25,760 nucleotides of DNA from Candidatus Brocadiia bacterium (GCA_046538485.1 JBKHIT010000065.1:1-25760); one strand, 5' to 3'. Counted from the stretch's first letter, positions 7,881 through 17,729 are shown. Notes: generated by a model from the sequence alone, not told the origin. Numbers and translations: made by a program.

Positions 7881-9065
7881 ATGCTGACGGTTCTTGAATC
7901 AATGGGCGATATAAACCAGTCAATCGAAACCCCGGTACAAACGGCGATCCCGCGCGACGAAGACAAGAAGCCGGGTCGTAAGGTACTTGTGGTGGATGAC
8001 GATCAGGCGATGCTGGATTCCTGCTCGGAGGTTCTCGAGCGAGAGGGATTCGATGTTATTGGATGTGGCAGCGGCGAAGAAGCTCTCAAGACCATGCGCG
8101 CCATCGGGCCAGATATTTTGATCATAGACCTTAAAATGCCGGGAATGTCGGGCGAAGAGTTTCTCAAGAAAGCCAAAGAGGTTGACTCCCAGGTGGTGGC
8201 CGTGGTGGTGACCGGCTACCCGGAACTCAGTTCCGCGGTGGAGGTTATGAAAGCGGGAGCGTCGGATTTTCTGCCGAAACCTTTTGGAGCGGAGGAGCTG
8301 CGTATCGTGACCCAACGCGCCATGGAGAAACGCGAACTGGCGCTTCAGGTCGCTGCAGGGCGGAGAGAAAAACAACGCATGCACGATAACTTCGCGGCGA
8401 TGATCTCCCATCAGCTCAAATCCCCCGCGGCCTGTGTGAAAGAATGCTTGGACGTGGTCAGACATTCCTTCAGCGATCGTATGCCGGAAAAGTGCACGGA
8501 GCTTCTGGACCGCGCCGCCGCGCGATCGCAGCTCCTGCTGGACCTCATGGACGACTGGCTCTCGCTGGCTCGTGTGGAATCCGGACAGCTCAAGGAATCG
8601 GATGAATGTGTCGACCTGGCCGAGGTTGTGGAAGAAGCTGTCAGCGCGGCTGAAGACGGCCACGAGGGGCCCGCAGCAGATGTTGCTATCGAATCCCGGG
8701 CAGAAGAGACTTCTGTCCGTGGCGATGCCGACGCGCTTCGGGAGATGGTCTTCAATCTTGTCGATAATGCCATGCGGTATACACCCGAAGAGGGGCGTGT
8801 GGAGGTGAGAACCGAAGCCGCCGGCGATGAAATTATTGTGGAGGTCGAGGACAACGGGCCCGGTATCCCGCGCGAAGAAGTCGAAGTGATTTTCGAGCCA
8901 TTTCACCGCGGCAAAAGAGGCCGTGGAAAACAGGGCACAGGGCTCGGTCTGGCGATTGTGAAACAGATTGCGCTCGCCCATGGCGGGCGAGTGGAAGTTG
9001 AAAGTGAGAACGGACGCGGGACCACCTTTGCCGTTCATTTACCCGCTGAGGGGAGTGGAGCATGA
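7881..9065 (+). CDS. Hybrid REC-histidine kinase without a sensor domain (start could be 7902)
   Basis: REC (VVDDD, IDLKMP, KPF); H-box ISHQLKSP; NLVDNAMRY; DNGPGI; GTGLGLAIV. Confidence 0.92.
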   Translation: MLTVLESMGDINQSIETPVQTAIPRDEDKKPGRKVLVVDDDQAMLDSCSEVLEREGFDVIGCGSGEEALKTMRAIGPDILIIDLKMPGMSGEEFLKKAKEVDSQVVAVVVTGYPELSSAVEVMKAGASDFLPKPFGAEELRIVTQRAMEKRELALQVAAGRREKQRMHDNFAAMISHQLKSPAACVKECLDVVRHSFSDRMPEKCTELLDRAAARSQLLLDLMDDWLSLARVESGQLKESDECVDLAEVVEEAVSAAEDGHEGPAADVAIESRAEETSVRGDADALREMVFNLVDNAMRYTPEEGRVEVRTEAAGDEIIVEVEDNGPGIPREEVEVIFEPFHRGKRGRGKQGTGLGLAIVKQIALAHGGRVEVESENGRGTTFAVHLPAEGSGA

Positions 9066-10132
9066 GCAATGGAGCAACTGACGCCCGTCTCGTTTCCCGG
9101 TCAGAACTGGGCACTTTGCTGACCGAAGCCCTGTCCGGGCGGCGCGTTTTTGGCTCAAGCTGTGAAAACGACGAAGTCCACCTGCGTCAAATAACCCCGG
9201 ATAGAGTGGATATCCCGCCTCACAGGAGTATCGAACCTCCCAAACCGCTCTTTTTCCGAACGCGGGAGAATCTGGGCAGTTATCTGGGAGACGACGGAAC
9301 GCCTGAATCGGAGCCGCGCGCCCTCGTCGGCGCCACGGCCTGCGACCTGGCTGCTTTAAAGATGCTGGACTGGGTCTTTCTGGAAGGCGACGTCGTCGAT
9401 CCCTATTACGAAACTCTGCGGGATAGCACGCTCGTGGTCTCGGTCGATTGCACCGAGCCCAAGGACGAGTGTTTCTGCACCTGGTTGGGGCGGAAACCGT
9501 ATCCCGAGGGAGCCTTTGACATCAATCTGTCTCCCATTTCAGATGGTTATGTGGTGCAGATCGGCAGCGAGCGTGGCCGTGAGGCGATGGGAGAAATTCT
9601 GGAAAAGTGTCCTGCCGCTTCCGCCGACCACCTCCAGCAGCGAGATCAGATGCGCGGGCAAGCCGAACAACACGTCGACGCGACGGTATCGGAGCTTGGG
9701 CTGCACATGACCGATGATTTCCAGGAACGGGTCCGAGAGAGCATTGATCTTGCCCTGTGGGAAGAGCTGGCCGAAAAATGCGTCGAGTGCGCGGCCTGCA
9801 ACTTCATCTGCCCGACCTGCCACTGTTTCTTGCTGGCAGATGTGGAAGCAAAGGAAGATTTTAAACGATTCAAGAACTGGGACGCCTGCCTCTACGAAGC
9901 TTTTGCCCTCGAAGCCAGTGGGGTGAACCCACGTCCCCGCCGGGCCGCCCGACTCCACGGACGTCTGGAAAAGAAATTCGATTTTCTGAAAACCAATACC
10001 GGCGACTGGGGGTGCACCGGTTGCGGGCGTTGCATCGAAGCCTGCGCCGGGGAAATTGATATGCGCGAAACCATACAGAAGATCACGGCCCCGGAAGGTC
10101 AAAAGAAAAGAACGGAGGCCGCGAATGCCTAG
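9062..10132 (+). CDS. 4Fe-4S dicluster protein, AsrA / sulfhydrogenase beta (HydB)-like
   Basis: ACDL, CFC, CVECAACNFICPTCHCF, WDAC, CTGCGRCIEAC. ATGA overlap with the upstream kinase. Confidence 0.88.
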   Translation: MSNGATDARLVSRSELGTLLTEALSGRRVFGSSCENDEVHLRQITPDRVDIPPHRSIEPPKPLFFRTRENLGSYLGDDGTPESEPRALVGATACDLAALKMLDWVFLEGDVVDPYYETLRDSTLVVSVDCTEPKDECFCTWLGRKPYPEGAFDINLSPISDGYVVQIGSERGREAMGEILEKCPAASADHLQQRDQMRGQAEQHVDATVSELGLHMTDDFQERVRESIDLALWEELAEKCVECAACNFICPTCHCFLLADVEAKEDFKRFKNWDACLYEAFALEASGVNPRPRRAARLHGRLEKKFDFLKTNTGDWGCTGCGRCIEACAGEIDMRETIQKITAPEGQKKRTEAANA

Positions 10133-10937
10133 CATTTACCATTGCGTGAAGACAGAACTGGCTGATGTGACGACGGAAACGGACAATATCAAGACGTTCC
10201 TGCTCCGGCCCGAGGTGCCCGTTTCTTTCAACGCCGGCCAGTTCGTGGAAGTTACCCTGCCCGGGCTGGGCGAGGCCCCCTTCACACCTTCCTCTTCACC
10301 CGCCGAAGATCAGGAACTCGCCGTCACGGTCATGAAAGCCGGGAAGGTGACATCGGCCATGCACGAGTTGGAACCCGGCGCCGAACTCGGCGTCAGAGGA
10401 CCTTATGGCAACATTTACCCGCTGGATGATTACGAAGGCCGCAACATTCTGATACTGGGAGGCGGGGTTGGACTGGCTCCGCTCAGGTCACTCCTCTACG
10501 CGCTGCTCGCCGATCGCGACCGGTTTGAGCGAATTGTCCTCTGTTACGGCGCCCGCACCCCGGACGATCTGGTCTACAAAGATCAGCTCCCTGAGTGGAG
10601 CGCGCGGGAGGATCTGGAAGTGCACCTGACCGTCGATAAGGCCGACGAAGATTGGGATGGTAAGGAAGGCGTGGTCACCGAAACGCTTGAGGACGTAACA
10701 ATCGATACAAGTGCAACAGTCGGCGTCGTCTGCGGCCCCCCGATCATGATGCGATTCGGCACGATAGCTCTCGAGAATAAGGGGTTTACGCCCGAAAACA
10801 TCTACCTGTCGATGGAACGGAATATGAGCTGCGGGCTCGGGAAATGCGGTCATTGCCGGATCGGCAATTACTACGTCTGCAAGGACGGCCCCGTTTTCAC
10901 GTATCAGCAACTCGAAGGAACACGCCACCTGTGGTGA
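10125..10937 (+). CDS. FAD/NAD(P)-binding [2Fe-2S] oxidoreductase, AsrB / sulfhydrogenase gamma (HydG)-like
   Basis: GQFVEV, GEAPFT, RGPYGN, GGGVGLAP, CGPPIMM, CGLGKCGHC...VCKDGPVF. ATG 10125 after GGAGG. Confidence 0.92.
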   Translation: MPSIYHCVKTELADVTTETDNIKTFLLRPEVPVSFNAGQFVEVTLPGLGEAPFTPSSSPAEDQELAVTVMKAGKVTSAMHELEPGAELGVRGPYGNIYPLDDYEGRNILILGGGVGLAPLRSLLYALLADRDRFERIVLCYGARTPDDLVYKDQLPEWSAREDLEVHLTVDKADEDWDGKEGVVTETLEDVTIDTSATVGVVCGPPIMMRFGTIALENKGFTPENIYLSMERNMSCGLGKCGHCRIGNYYVCKDGPVFTYQQLEGTRHLW

Positions 10938-10953
10938 GGTGAAAAACAGCGAA

Positions 10954-11445
10954 ATGGAGCAGAGACTTCAGATCAACCTCGATATCTGTCGCGAATGCGA
11001 GGATTGCACGGCGACATGCGGCTATCCCTACCACCATCCCAACAACGGTGTAGCTCGTCTTCGCGAACTGGCCGCCCAGGAACTCACCTGCCGCCAGTGT
11101 GAGGTGCAATCCTGCGTTCTGGCATGTCCCAATGATGCGCTGGAAAAGGACGAGGACGGGATATTGCGACGCTACAACATGCGCTGCACGGGATGTCTAT
11201 CGTGCAGCGTTGCATGTCCGTTCGGGACGCTGATTCCCGCGGCTCTTGAGTTTCGCGACAGTTTTTGCGACGCCTGCGCTGATCGGGGTGAGGGAGAACT
11301 TCCCGAATGCGCCAGAACGTGCCCGGAAGATGCTATCGTTATCGGCTCTGTGGATGAAGACGAAGAAAACGTGCACCTGCTGGGAGAGAACCTGGCGGTG
11401 CGTTCGCTCGTATGGCAGAAAAAGGAACCGGCGGAGAGCAAATGA
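10954..11445 (+). CDS. Multi-[4Fe-4S] electron-transfer protein (HycB/CooF/DmsB-like); alternative GTG start 10939
   Basis: Cys motifs CREC...C, CRQC...CVLACP, CTGCLSCSVACP, CDAC...CARTCP. Confidence 0.85.
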   Translation: MEQRLQINLDICRECEDCTATCGYPYHHPNNGVARLRELAAQELTCRQCEVQSCVLACPNDALEKDEDGILRRYNMRCTGCLSCSVACPFGTLIPAALEFRDSFCDACADRGEGELPECARTCPEDAIVIGSVDEDEENVHLLGENLAVRSLVWQKKEPAESK

Positions 11446-12407
11446 GCAGCGAGATCCCCATATACCTGTTTCGCTTCATCGTATTTCCCGGCCTGTTTTT
11501 CACCGCGGGGCTCGGGCTCCTGGTGAGCTGGGTCGACCGGAAGGTCACCGCCCGCATTCAGTGGCGGGTGGGGCCACCGTTGCTCCAGCCGTTCTACGAC
11601 CTGGTGAAACTGATGGGCAAAGAGACCATCGTCCCGGCAAATGGTTCACACCTGGCGTTTCTCGGTGCGCCACTGATCGGGCTGGCCGGCGTGACGCTCG
11701 CGGCGACACTCCTCGGCACGGCTGTTATCTATCCTCAGGCAGGGTTTACGGGCGATCTTGTTGTTTTGCTCTACCTGCTGGTTCTGCCGGCCCTGGCGGT
11801 GATCCTCGGGGGCGTGGCTTCGAACAGCCCCCTGGCCTCCGTGGGAGCCAGCCGGGAAATGAAACTGGTGCTCAGCTATGAACTGCCTCTGATCGCGATT
11901 ATTACCGTTCCCTTGATTCAGATGGCGCAGGCGGAGCCGGCGGTGGAAGGCGGGCTTCTGCGTCTCAGCACACTGCTGGGATACCAGACGTCGAACGGGG
12001 CGTTCGCCTGGAGCGTCTCGGGCGCAGTGGCCCTGGTGGCCGCCATCTTCTGTATGCAGGCAAAACTGGCCGCCGTGCCGTTCGATCAGGGGGAAGCCGA
12101 GACCGAGATTATGTCCGGGGCGTTCATCGAATATTCCGGCGCCCCGCTCGCGATATACAAACTGACGAAAGCGATGATGCTGGTGGTGATGCCGATGTTT
12201 CTGGTGGTCGTGTTGTGGGGCGGATTCGGTTCCAGCACCCTCTCGGTTCTGTTGGGGATCGGGAAATATCTGGTGCTGGTGGTGCTGTTCACGCTTCTTC
12301 GCAACACGAATCCCAGAGTTCGTATCGAACATGCGATGAAGTTTTTCTGGGGACCGGTCACCGGGCTGGCGTTCGTGGCAATTGTGCTTGCTATAGCGGG
12401 AGTCTGA
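11442..12407 (+). CDS. Complex I subunit 1 family membrane anchor (NuoH/MbhM/HycD-like)
   Basis: DRKVTARIQWRVGPPLLQPFYDLVKL, PFDQGEAETEI, EYSG, NPRVRIE; about 8 TM segments; ATGA overlap. Confidence 0.93.
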   Translation: MSSEIPIYLFRFIVFPGLFFTAGLGLLVSWVDRKVTARIQWRVGPPLLQPFYDLVKLMGKETIVPANGSHLAFLGAPLIGLAGVTLAATLLGTAVIYPQAGFTGDLVVLLYLLVLPALAVILGGVASNSPLASVGASREMKLVLSYELPLIAIITVPLIQMAQAEPAVEGGLLRLSTLLGYQTSNGAFAWSVSGAVALVAAIFCMQAKLAAVPFDQGEAETEIMSGAFIEYSGAPLAIYKLTKAMMLVVMPMFLVVVLWGGFGSSTLSVLLGIGKYLVLVVLFTLLRNTNPRVRIEHAMKFFWGPVTGLAFVAIVLAIAGV

Positions 12408-12409
12408 AA

Positions 12410-12856
12410 ATGGCGCTCGAAGGCCTGAAGATGAAAGCGCTCTCAAAATCGCCCTGGGTGTTCCATGTCAGCGCGGGATCCTGTAACAACTGCGACATCG
12501 AGATCCTGGACTGTCTTTGCCCGCGGTTCGACATCGAACGGTTCGGCGCTCTACTGGTGGGAAGCGTCCGGCACGCCGATGCTCTGCTTGTCACCGGCGG
12601 GATGAACAGAAAATCGGCAAAACGTGTGAAAAACCTCTATGAACAGGCCTCGAAACCCTGTCTGGTCATCGCAATCGGCACGTGTGCGTGTGGGCAGGGC
12701 ATATTCCGGGATAGCTACGCGTTGACGACCCCGCTGGATGAGGTGCTCCCGGACGCTGTCACGGCTTACGTGCCCGGATGCCCGCCAAAGCCGGAGGCCA
12801 TCATTCTGGGCGTGGTGAAGGCACTCGAGCAATTGAAGGGAAAAGAAAATGAATGA
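12410..12856 (+). CDS. Group 4 [NiFe] hydrogenase small subunit (NuoB/MbhJ-like)
   Basis: SPWVFH, GSCNNCDIE, RHADALLVTG, IGTCA, VPGCPPKPE. ATG 12410 directly follows the upstream stop. Confidence 0.93.
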   Translation: MALEGLKMKALSKSPWVFHVSAGSCNNCDIEILDCLCPRFDIERFGALLVGSVRHADALLVTGGMNRKSAKRVKNLYEQASKPCLVIAIGTCACGQGIFRDSYALTTPLDEVLPDAVTAYVPGCPPKPEAIILGVVKALEQLKGKENE

Positions 12857-13310
12857 AGGTTTCGAACAGATCATTCGCCAGAACCTCGAGGATATTGCTC
12901 GGGAAATCGAGGTCCACGCTCCGGAGCGGATCTACGTGGAAGTGGGGCCTGATGATCTTCTGGATGCTGCCGGCCGGCTTTTCCAGAAACTGGGGGCCCG
13001 CTACGCCATCGCCTCGGGCACGCATATCGAGAACGGCTTTGAAGTTCTCCACCATTTCGCGTTCGACGGGGAGGGAGGCCTGGTCAGTCTGCGGGTGCGG
13101 ACCGAAGAGGATCCCCCCGAGTTCGACTCCCTCGCCCCGATGATCAAAGGAGCCCGTTTCATCGAGCGGGAGATCCATGATCTGCTCGGGATCCGGTTCC
13201 GGGGTCATCCAAATCTCACGCGGCTTATCCTGCCGGAAGACTGGCCGGACGATGTCTATCCGCTCCGACAGGGCAAGCCCTGGGAAGGAAAGGTGAAAAA
13301 ACAGATATGA
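12849..13310 (+). CDS. NuoC/MbhK-like subunit
   Basis: EREIHDLLGIRFRGHPNLTRLILPEDWP...YPLR. Confidence 0.92.
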   Translation: MNEGFEQIIRQNLEDIAREIEVHAPERIYVEVGPDDLLDAAGRLFQKLGARYAIASGTHIENGFEVLHHFAFDGEGGLVSLRVRTEEDPPEFDSLAPMIKGARFIEREIHDLLGIRFRGHPNLTRLILPEDWPDDVYPLRQGKPWEGKVKKQI

Positions 13311-14494
13311 CCACATCCACCATACCAATAGGGCCGTTTCACCCGCTCCAGGAGGAACCCGAGCTGTTCCGACTGCACGTGGATGGGGAGACGGTCGTTG
13401 ATGTGGACGTTGAGATCGGATGGAACCATCGCGGCATCGAAAAGGTCTCCGAGGGCAAGACTTTTGATCAGGTGCCTTTTCTGGTGGAAAGAATCTGCGG
13501 GATCTGTTCGACTTCCCACCCGATCGCCTATGTGCAGGCGGTGGAGGATGCCGGGCACCTCGAGGTGCCCGAACGGGCGCTCTACATCCGCAGCATCATC
13601 GCGGAACTGGAGCGTCTGCACAGCCATCTGCTATGGGTGGGTTTGGCCGGCCATTTCCTCGGTTACAACACGGTTTTCATGTGGGCCTGGAAATACCGTG
13701 AGCCCGTTCTCGATATCTGCGAAGAACTGACGGGCAACCGGAACAATTACGCCATGATCAAAGTCGGCGGAGTCCGACGGGATCTGGACGAGTCGAAGTT
13801 TCCCGGAGTTCTGGGTCGTCTTGACGAACTCGAGAAGAAAGTCAAGATGCTCGCCGGGGCAGTTACCGATGATCCTGTCCTGCACGCCCGTCTCAAAGGA
13901 GTGGGCGTTCTCACCGAAGAGGCGGCGAGAGATTACGGGGCGCTCGGGCCCACCGTACGCGGCAGTGGCATTCCCTGGGACGTGCGAGCCGACGAACCAT
14001 ACGCAGCCTATGATCTCGTCGATTGGGATATCATAACGGCCCCTTCCTGCGATGTTTACGGGCGTGCTGTCGTGCGGGTGCTGGAGTGCTTCGAGTCGAT
14101 CGAGATCATCCGCCAGTGCTTCGAAAACATGCCGGAGGGCGATATTGATGCGAATGTGACCGAGATACCGCCCGGGGAAGGCATCGGTCACGCCGAAGCT
14201 CCCCGGGGTGAGACGTTCCATTACGTGCGCTCCGACGGGACCAATCAGCCCGTCCGCCACAAAGCCCGGGCGCCGACATACATGAATCTGCCGACCTGCT
14301 ACGAGACCGTGGTGGGCGAGTCGGTGACGGATGCCACAATTATCCTCGCATCGGTCGATCCGTGTTATAGTTGCACCGAGCGGATGGGTGTTGTCTACGA
14401 TGCTTCGAGCGGCGAGCGACTTCTTGATGGCAAAGAACTCGTGAGACTTTCGCAAGAGAAAACCGAGGCCCTACGAAGGGAGATGGGGAGATGA
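13307..14494 (+). CDS. Group 4 membrane-bound [NiFe] hydrogenase large subunit (MbhL-like, NuoD family)
   Basis: PIGPFHP, HRGIEK, intact L1 ERICGICS and L2 DPCYSCTER (four Ni-ligating Cys), EAPRGE, 36-aa C-terminal extension. Confidence 0.93.
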   Translation: MTTSTIPIGPFHPLQEEPELFRLHVDGETVVDVDVEIGWNHRGIEKVSEGKTFDQVPFLVERICGICSTSHPIAYVQAVEDAGHLEVPERALYIRSIIAELERLHSHLLWVGLAGHFLGYNTVFMWAWKYREPVLDICEELTGNRNNYAMIKVGGVRRDLDESKFPGVLGRLDELEKKVKMLAGAVTDDPVLHARLKGVGVLTEEAARDYGALGPTVRGSGIPWDVRADEPYAAYDLVDWDIITAPSCDVYGRAVVRVLECFESIEIIRQCFENMPEGDIDANVTEIPPGEGIGHAEAPRGETFHYVRSDGTNQPVRHKARAPTYMNLPTCYETVVGESVTDATIILASVDPCYSCTERMGVVYDASSGERLLDGKELVRLSQEKTEALRREMGR

Positions 14495-16329
14495 ACGCTG
14501 AGACTGCAATGCACCTCGCCGTAACCGTACCCTTCGCAGCGGGGCTTCTGTGCATTCTGATGCCCCGTCGGGTGAGCCTGTTCCACAAGGTTCTTGCGAT
14601 TTTGACCTGCGCCGCCGTGCTCTCAGGGACCGTTGTGCTCTACGGCATGGAAGATGTGGTGAAAGCACCGGAATGGGCCGGCGAACGTGTTCTTCTCGGG
14701 CTGGACGGGCTCAGTTCCATGATCCTCGTGGCGGCCGCCGGCTTTTCATTCCTCATGGTCCTTTACTCCGTCGGCTTTTTGTCGGACGAAGAGGTGAATC
14801 CGAGGCCGTTTTACGCGAATATCCTGTGGGCTGTGGGGTGTGCCTGTGCAACAATCCTCGCCCGGGACCTGCTGGTTCTGCTATTTTTCTGGGGATTGAT
14901 GGGGATTCCATTTTTCCTTCTGATCAATCTCGGCCCGAAGGACCCCGGTGCGGCCGCAAAGAAAACTTTGATTGTGCTGGGGGGAAGCGATTCGCTTTTG
15001 ATTCTGGGGATTGCGATTATCCCGATGCTCTCGGGGAGTTTCGACATCCTTCAGGATCCCCTTCCACTGCAGGGAATATCGGTGGTGGCCTGCCTTTGCC
15101 TGGCTGTGGCGGCCTTTGCGAAAGCGGGAGCCATGCCGTTTCATTCGTGGGTCCCGGACGCGGCGGAGAAAGCCCCCGTGCCCGCTGTTGCGTTGTTACC
15201 GGCTTCGCTCGATAAACTGCTCGGGATCTATCTTTTTGCCCGGATCTGCCTGGATATGTTCCGGATAAATGACGAAATGAGATCTCTGTTTATGCTGGTG
15301 GGCGCTTTCACGGTGATGGCGGCGGTGATGGCAGCTTTGCAGCAGCATAACCTGCGTCGTCTGCTCGGTTACCACGCGGTCAGCCAGGTTGGCTACATGG
15401 TGCTGGGAATCGCCAGCGGCACGGCCCTCGGGGTGGTCGGAGGACTGTTCCATATGCTGAATAATGCAATCTACAAATCCTGTCTGTTCCTCGGAGCCGG
15501 TTCGGCTGAGAAACGATCCGGCACGGGAGAGCTGGATGAGATGGGGGGGATGGCGCGGGCGATGCCCGTGACGTTCGTGTGTTTCTTAATTGCAGCATTG
15601 GCTATTTCCGGCGTTCCCCCGCTGAACGGGTTCGTCTCCAAATGGATGATCTACGGCGGGTTGGTGGATCAAGCGGGAGAAGGCGGATATCTGTGGGTGA
15701 TTGGCCTGATTGCGGCAATGTTCGGCAGCGCCCTGACTCTGGCGAGTTTCGTCAAGGTGCTTCATGCCGTCTTTCTCGGTCGGTCGCGCGAGGGAGCGAG
15801 CCATGAAGGGCCGCTTCCCAACACGGCCATGGTGCTGCCCATGGTGGTGCTGGCGCTCGTTTGCGTTGCATTCGGCGTTATGGCGTTCGTTCTGCCGGTC
15901 CAGAACATCCTCCTCCCGGCAGTCCCCGAAGCCCTGCGTCCTGAGATGGCCGGGGCCGCCTGGGATCCGGGTCTGGGGACCATCCTTCTGGTGGTGGCGC
16001 TTCTGTTAGGAGCGGGCGTGTACCTCCTCGGACGCGGTTTCAAGGTTCGCGAGGACGAATCTTACATGGGAGGCGAAATCGGAGAACGAGCGGCACCCTA
16101 TCGTTTCAGTGGCGTGGATTTCTATCAGACAATTTCTTCAAAAGTTCCCTCCCTGAAAACACTTTATAAGGATGCTGAGGAAGGCTGGTACGACATTTAC
16201 CGGCTCGGCCAGAGGTTCATGGAATGGATCGCGGTTCCTCTGAAGAGCTTTCATTCGGGATTGTTGCTGACGTATGTGGCGTGGTGTGTGCTGGGCCTTA
16301 TCGGCTTGTTGTGGCTGTTCCTGCATTAG
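14491..16329 (+). CDS. Large antiporter-like membrane subunit (NuoL/MrpA type)
   Basis: KAGAMPFHSWVPDA, LLGYHAVSQVGYM, HMLNNAIYKSCLFL, GVPPLNGFVSKW, plus a C-terminal lateral-helix/last-TM-like region (HSGLLLTYVAW). Confidence 0.9.
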   Translation: MNAETAMHLAVTVPFAAGLLCILMPRRVSLFHKVLAILTCAAVLSGTVVLYGMEDVVKAPEWAGERVLLGLDGLSSMILVAAAGFSFLMVLYSVGFLSDEEVNPRPFYANILWAVGCACATILARDLLVLLFFWGLMGIPFFLLINLGPKDPGAAAKKTLIVLGGSDSLLILGIAIIPMLSGSFDILQDPLPLQGISVVACLCLAVAAFAKAGAMPFHSWVPDAAEKAPVPAVALLPASLDKLLGIYLFARICLDMFRINDEMRSLFMLVGAFTVMAAVMAALQQHNLRRLLGYHAVSQVGYMVLGIASGTALGVVGGLFHMLNNAIYKSCLFLGAGSAEKRSGTGELDEMGGMARAMPVTFVCFLIAALAISGVPPLNGFVSKWMIYGGLVDQAGEGGYLWVIGLIAAMFGSALTLASFVKVLHAVFLGRSREGASHEGPLPNTAMVLPMVVLALVCVAFGVMAFVLPVQNILLPAVPEALRPEMAGAAWDPGLGTILLVVALLLGAGVYLLGRGFKVREDESYMGGEIGERAAPYRFSGVDFYQTISSKVPSLKTLYKDAEEGWYDIYRLGQRFMEWIAVPLKSFHSGLLLTYVAWCVLGLIGLLWLFLH

Positions 16330-16341
16330 GAGACCGGACAG

Positions 16342-16905
16342 ATGGTAAATCTGCTGATTCTGCTGCTGGTTTTCATGATCATCGCGGCGGTGATCGCGCT
16401 GTGGACCGAAGATTTGCTCTCGAGTGTCATTGCCGTCGGCGCCGTGGGTTTTGGCAGCAGTGTGGCATTTCTATTGCTCAGTGCGCCCGACCTGGCGATC
16501 ACCCAGATTGTGGTGGAAGTGCTGACGCTGGTGCTGTTGATCCGCGCGACGGTAGGCAGAGATGTCAAAACCACCTCGGGTTCCCGCGATGTTTTCGGAC
16601 TGGCGGTCTCGGGGGCTCTCGTGTTGATACTGCTCGTGTTCGCGGTTCAGACAGCCCAGTCTCTGCCCGAATTCGGCCAACGACCTCCGGTAGCGAGAGA
16701 AGCAGCCCCGGCCGCGCAGTATCTGACCGATGGATTGGATAAAACCGGATCGGCAAACATCGTAACCGCCGTCTTACTGGACTATCGGGCCTATGACACT
16801 CTGGGGGAAGCCACGGTGCTTTTTGCGGCGGTCGTCGGCGCAATGACGTTGCTGCGCAGGAGAAGCCGGAAAGAAGAAACTCCCGCTGAGGAGGAACAAA
16901 CATGA
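16342..16905 (+). CDS. MbhD/MbhE-like fusion (DUF4040 plus MrpA C-terminal/MnhB-related domain)
   Basis: APDLAITQIVVE and NIVTAVLLDYRAYDTLGEATVL. Confidence 0.88.
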   Translation: MVNLLILLLVFMIIAAVIALWTEDLLSSVIAVGAVGFGSSVAFLLLSAPDLAITQIVVEVLTLVLLIRATVGRDVKTTSGSRDVFGLAVSGALVLILLVFAVQTAQSLPEFGQRPPVAREAAPAAQYLTDGLDKTGSANIVTAVLLDYRAYDTLGEATVLFAAVVGAMTLLRRRSRKEETPAEEEQT

Positions 16906-17375
16906 GGGACCGCAGTCTGGTTGTGGAGACAGTCTGCCGATGGATAGCACCTTTCATACTGCTCTATGGGGTTTACGTGGTGGCTTTTGGCCATCTCTCT
17001 CCCGGGGGTGGTTTCCCGGGCGGGGTTGTGCTCGCATCGGCTTTCATCCTTATGGTCCTCGCCTGGGGTAAGGACAAGGCCACCCGACACCTCCCGTTTC
17101 ATCTCGCCGAGGGACTGGACAGTCTTGGAGCTCTTCTCTTCCTCGGCCTTGGCCTTGCCGGATTGGCAGGGGGATGGATGTTGACTAACTTCGTCCATCA
17201 AACGACTCCCGGCGGACGTTTCCGGTTGTTCAGCGCGGGAACGATTCCTCTGGCCAACATAGCAATCGCCCTCAAAGTTTGTGCTTCGCTCTTCCTGGTA
17301 ATGGTGGTTCTATCGGTTCTGCGGGTGAAGGCCGGGGGCACGAACGAAGATCTTCGCACACAACAGGAGGTTTGA
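16902..17375 (+). CDS. mnhB: Mrp antiporter subunit B (MbhF-like)
   Basis: GHLSPGGGFPGG motif; 4 TM segments. Confidence 0.9.
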   Translation: MRDRSLVVETVCRWIAPFILLYGVYVVAFGHLSPGGGFPGGVVLASAFILMVLAWGKDKATRHLPFHLAEGLDSLGALLFLGLGLAGLAGGWMLTNFVHQTTPGGRFRLFSAGTIPLANIAIALKVCASLFLVMVVLSVLRVKAGGTNEDLRTQQEV

Positions 17376-17378
17376 AAC

Positions 17379-17729
17379 GTGGTTTACATTCTCTGCCTGG
17401 CTCTGCTGCTGGTGGGTTTGTTTGGCGCCCTCACGCAAAAGAATCTCATCAAGATTATCGTAAGCGTTGCGATCATAGAATACGCGGTCAACCTGTTCCT
17501 CGTGCTCGTGGGGTTCCGGGTTGGCGGTCAGGCCCCAATCCTGACCTACTCGGAAATGCCGGCGGCCCAATGGGCTTCGGGAACAGTCGATCCGTTCCCG
17601 CAGGTAATGGTTTTGACGGCGATAGTGATCGGACTCGGCGTTCTGGCTTTGATGGTGGCCCTTGCGCTCCGTATCTATCATCGACATGGCACCTACGATG
17701 TGACCGAAATCCGCAAACTTCGCGGATAA
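17379..17729 (+). CDS. mnhC: Mrp antiporter subunit C (MbhG-like)
   Basis: NLIKII, DPFPQVMVLTAIVIG; GTG start after GGAGG. Confidence 0.92.
   Translation: MVYILCLALLLVGLFGALTQKNLIKIIVSVAIIEYAVNLFLVLVGFRVGGQAPILTYSEMPAAQWASGTVDPFPQVMVLTAIVIGLGVLALMVALALRIYHRHGTYDVTEIRKLRG

Noticed and set aside
9062..10937. Anaerobic sulfite reductase asrABC
   Set aside because: No siroheme AsrC subunit in the window.
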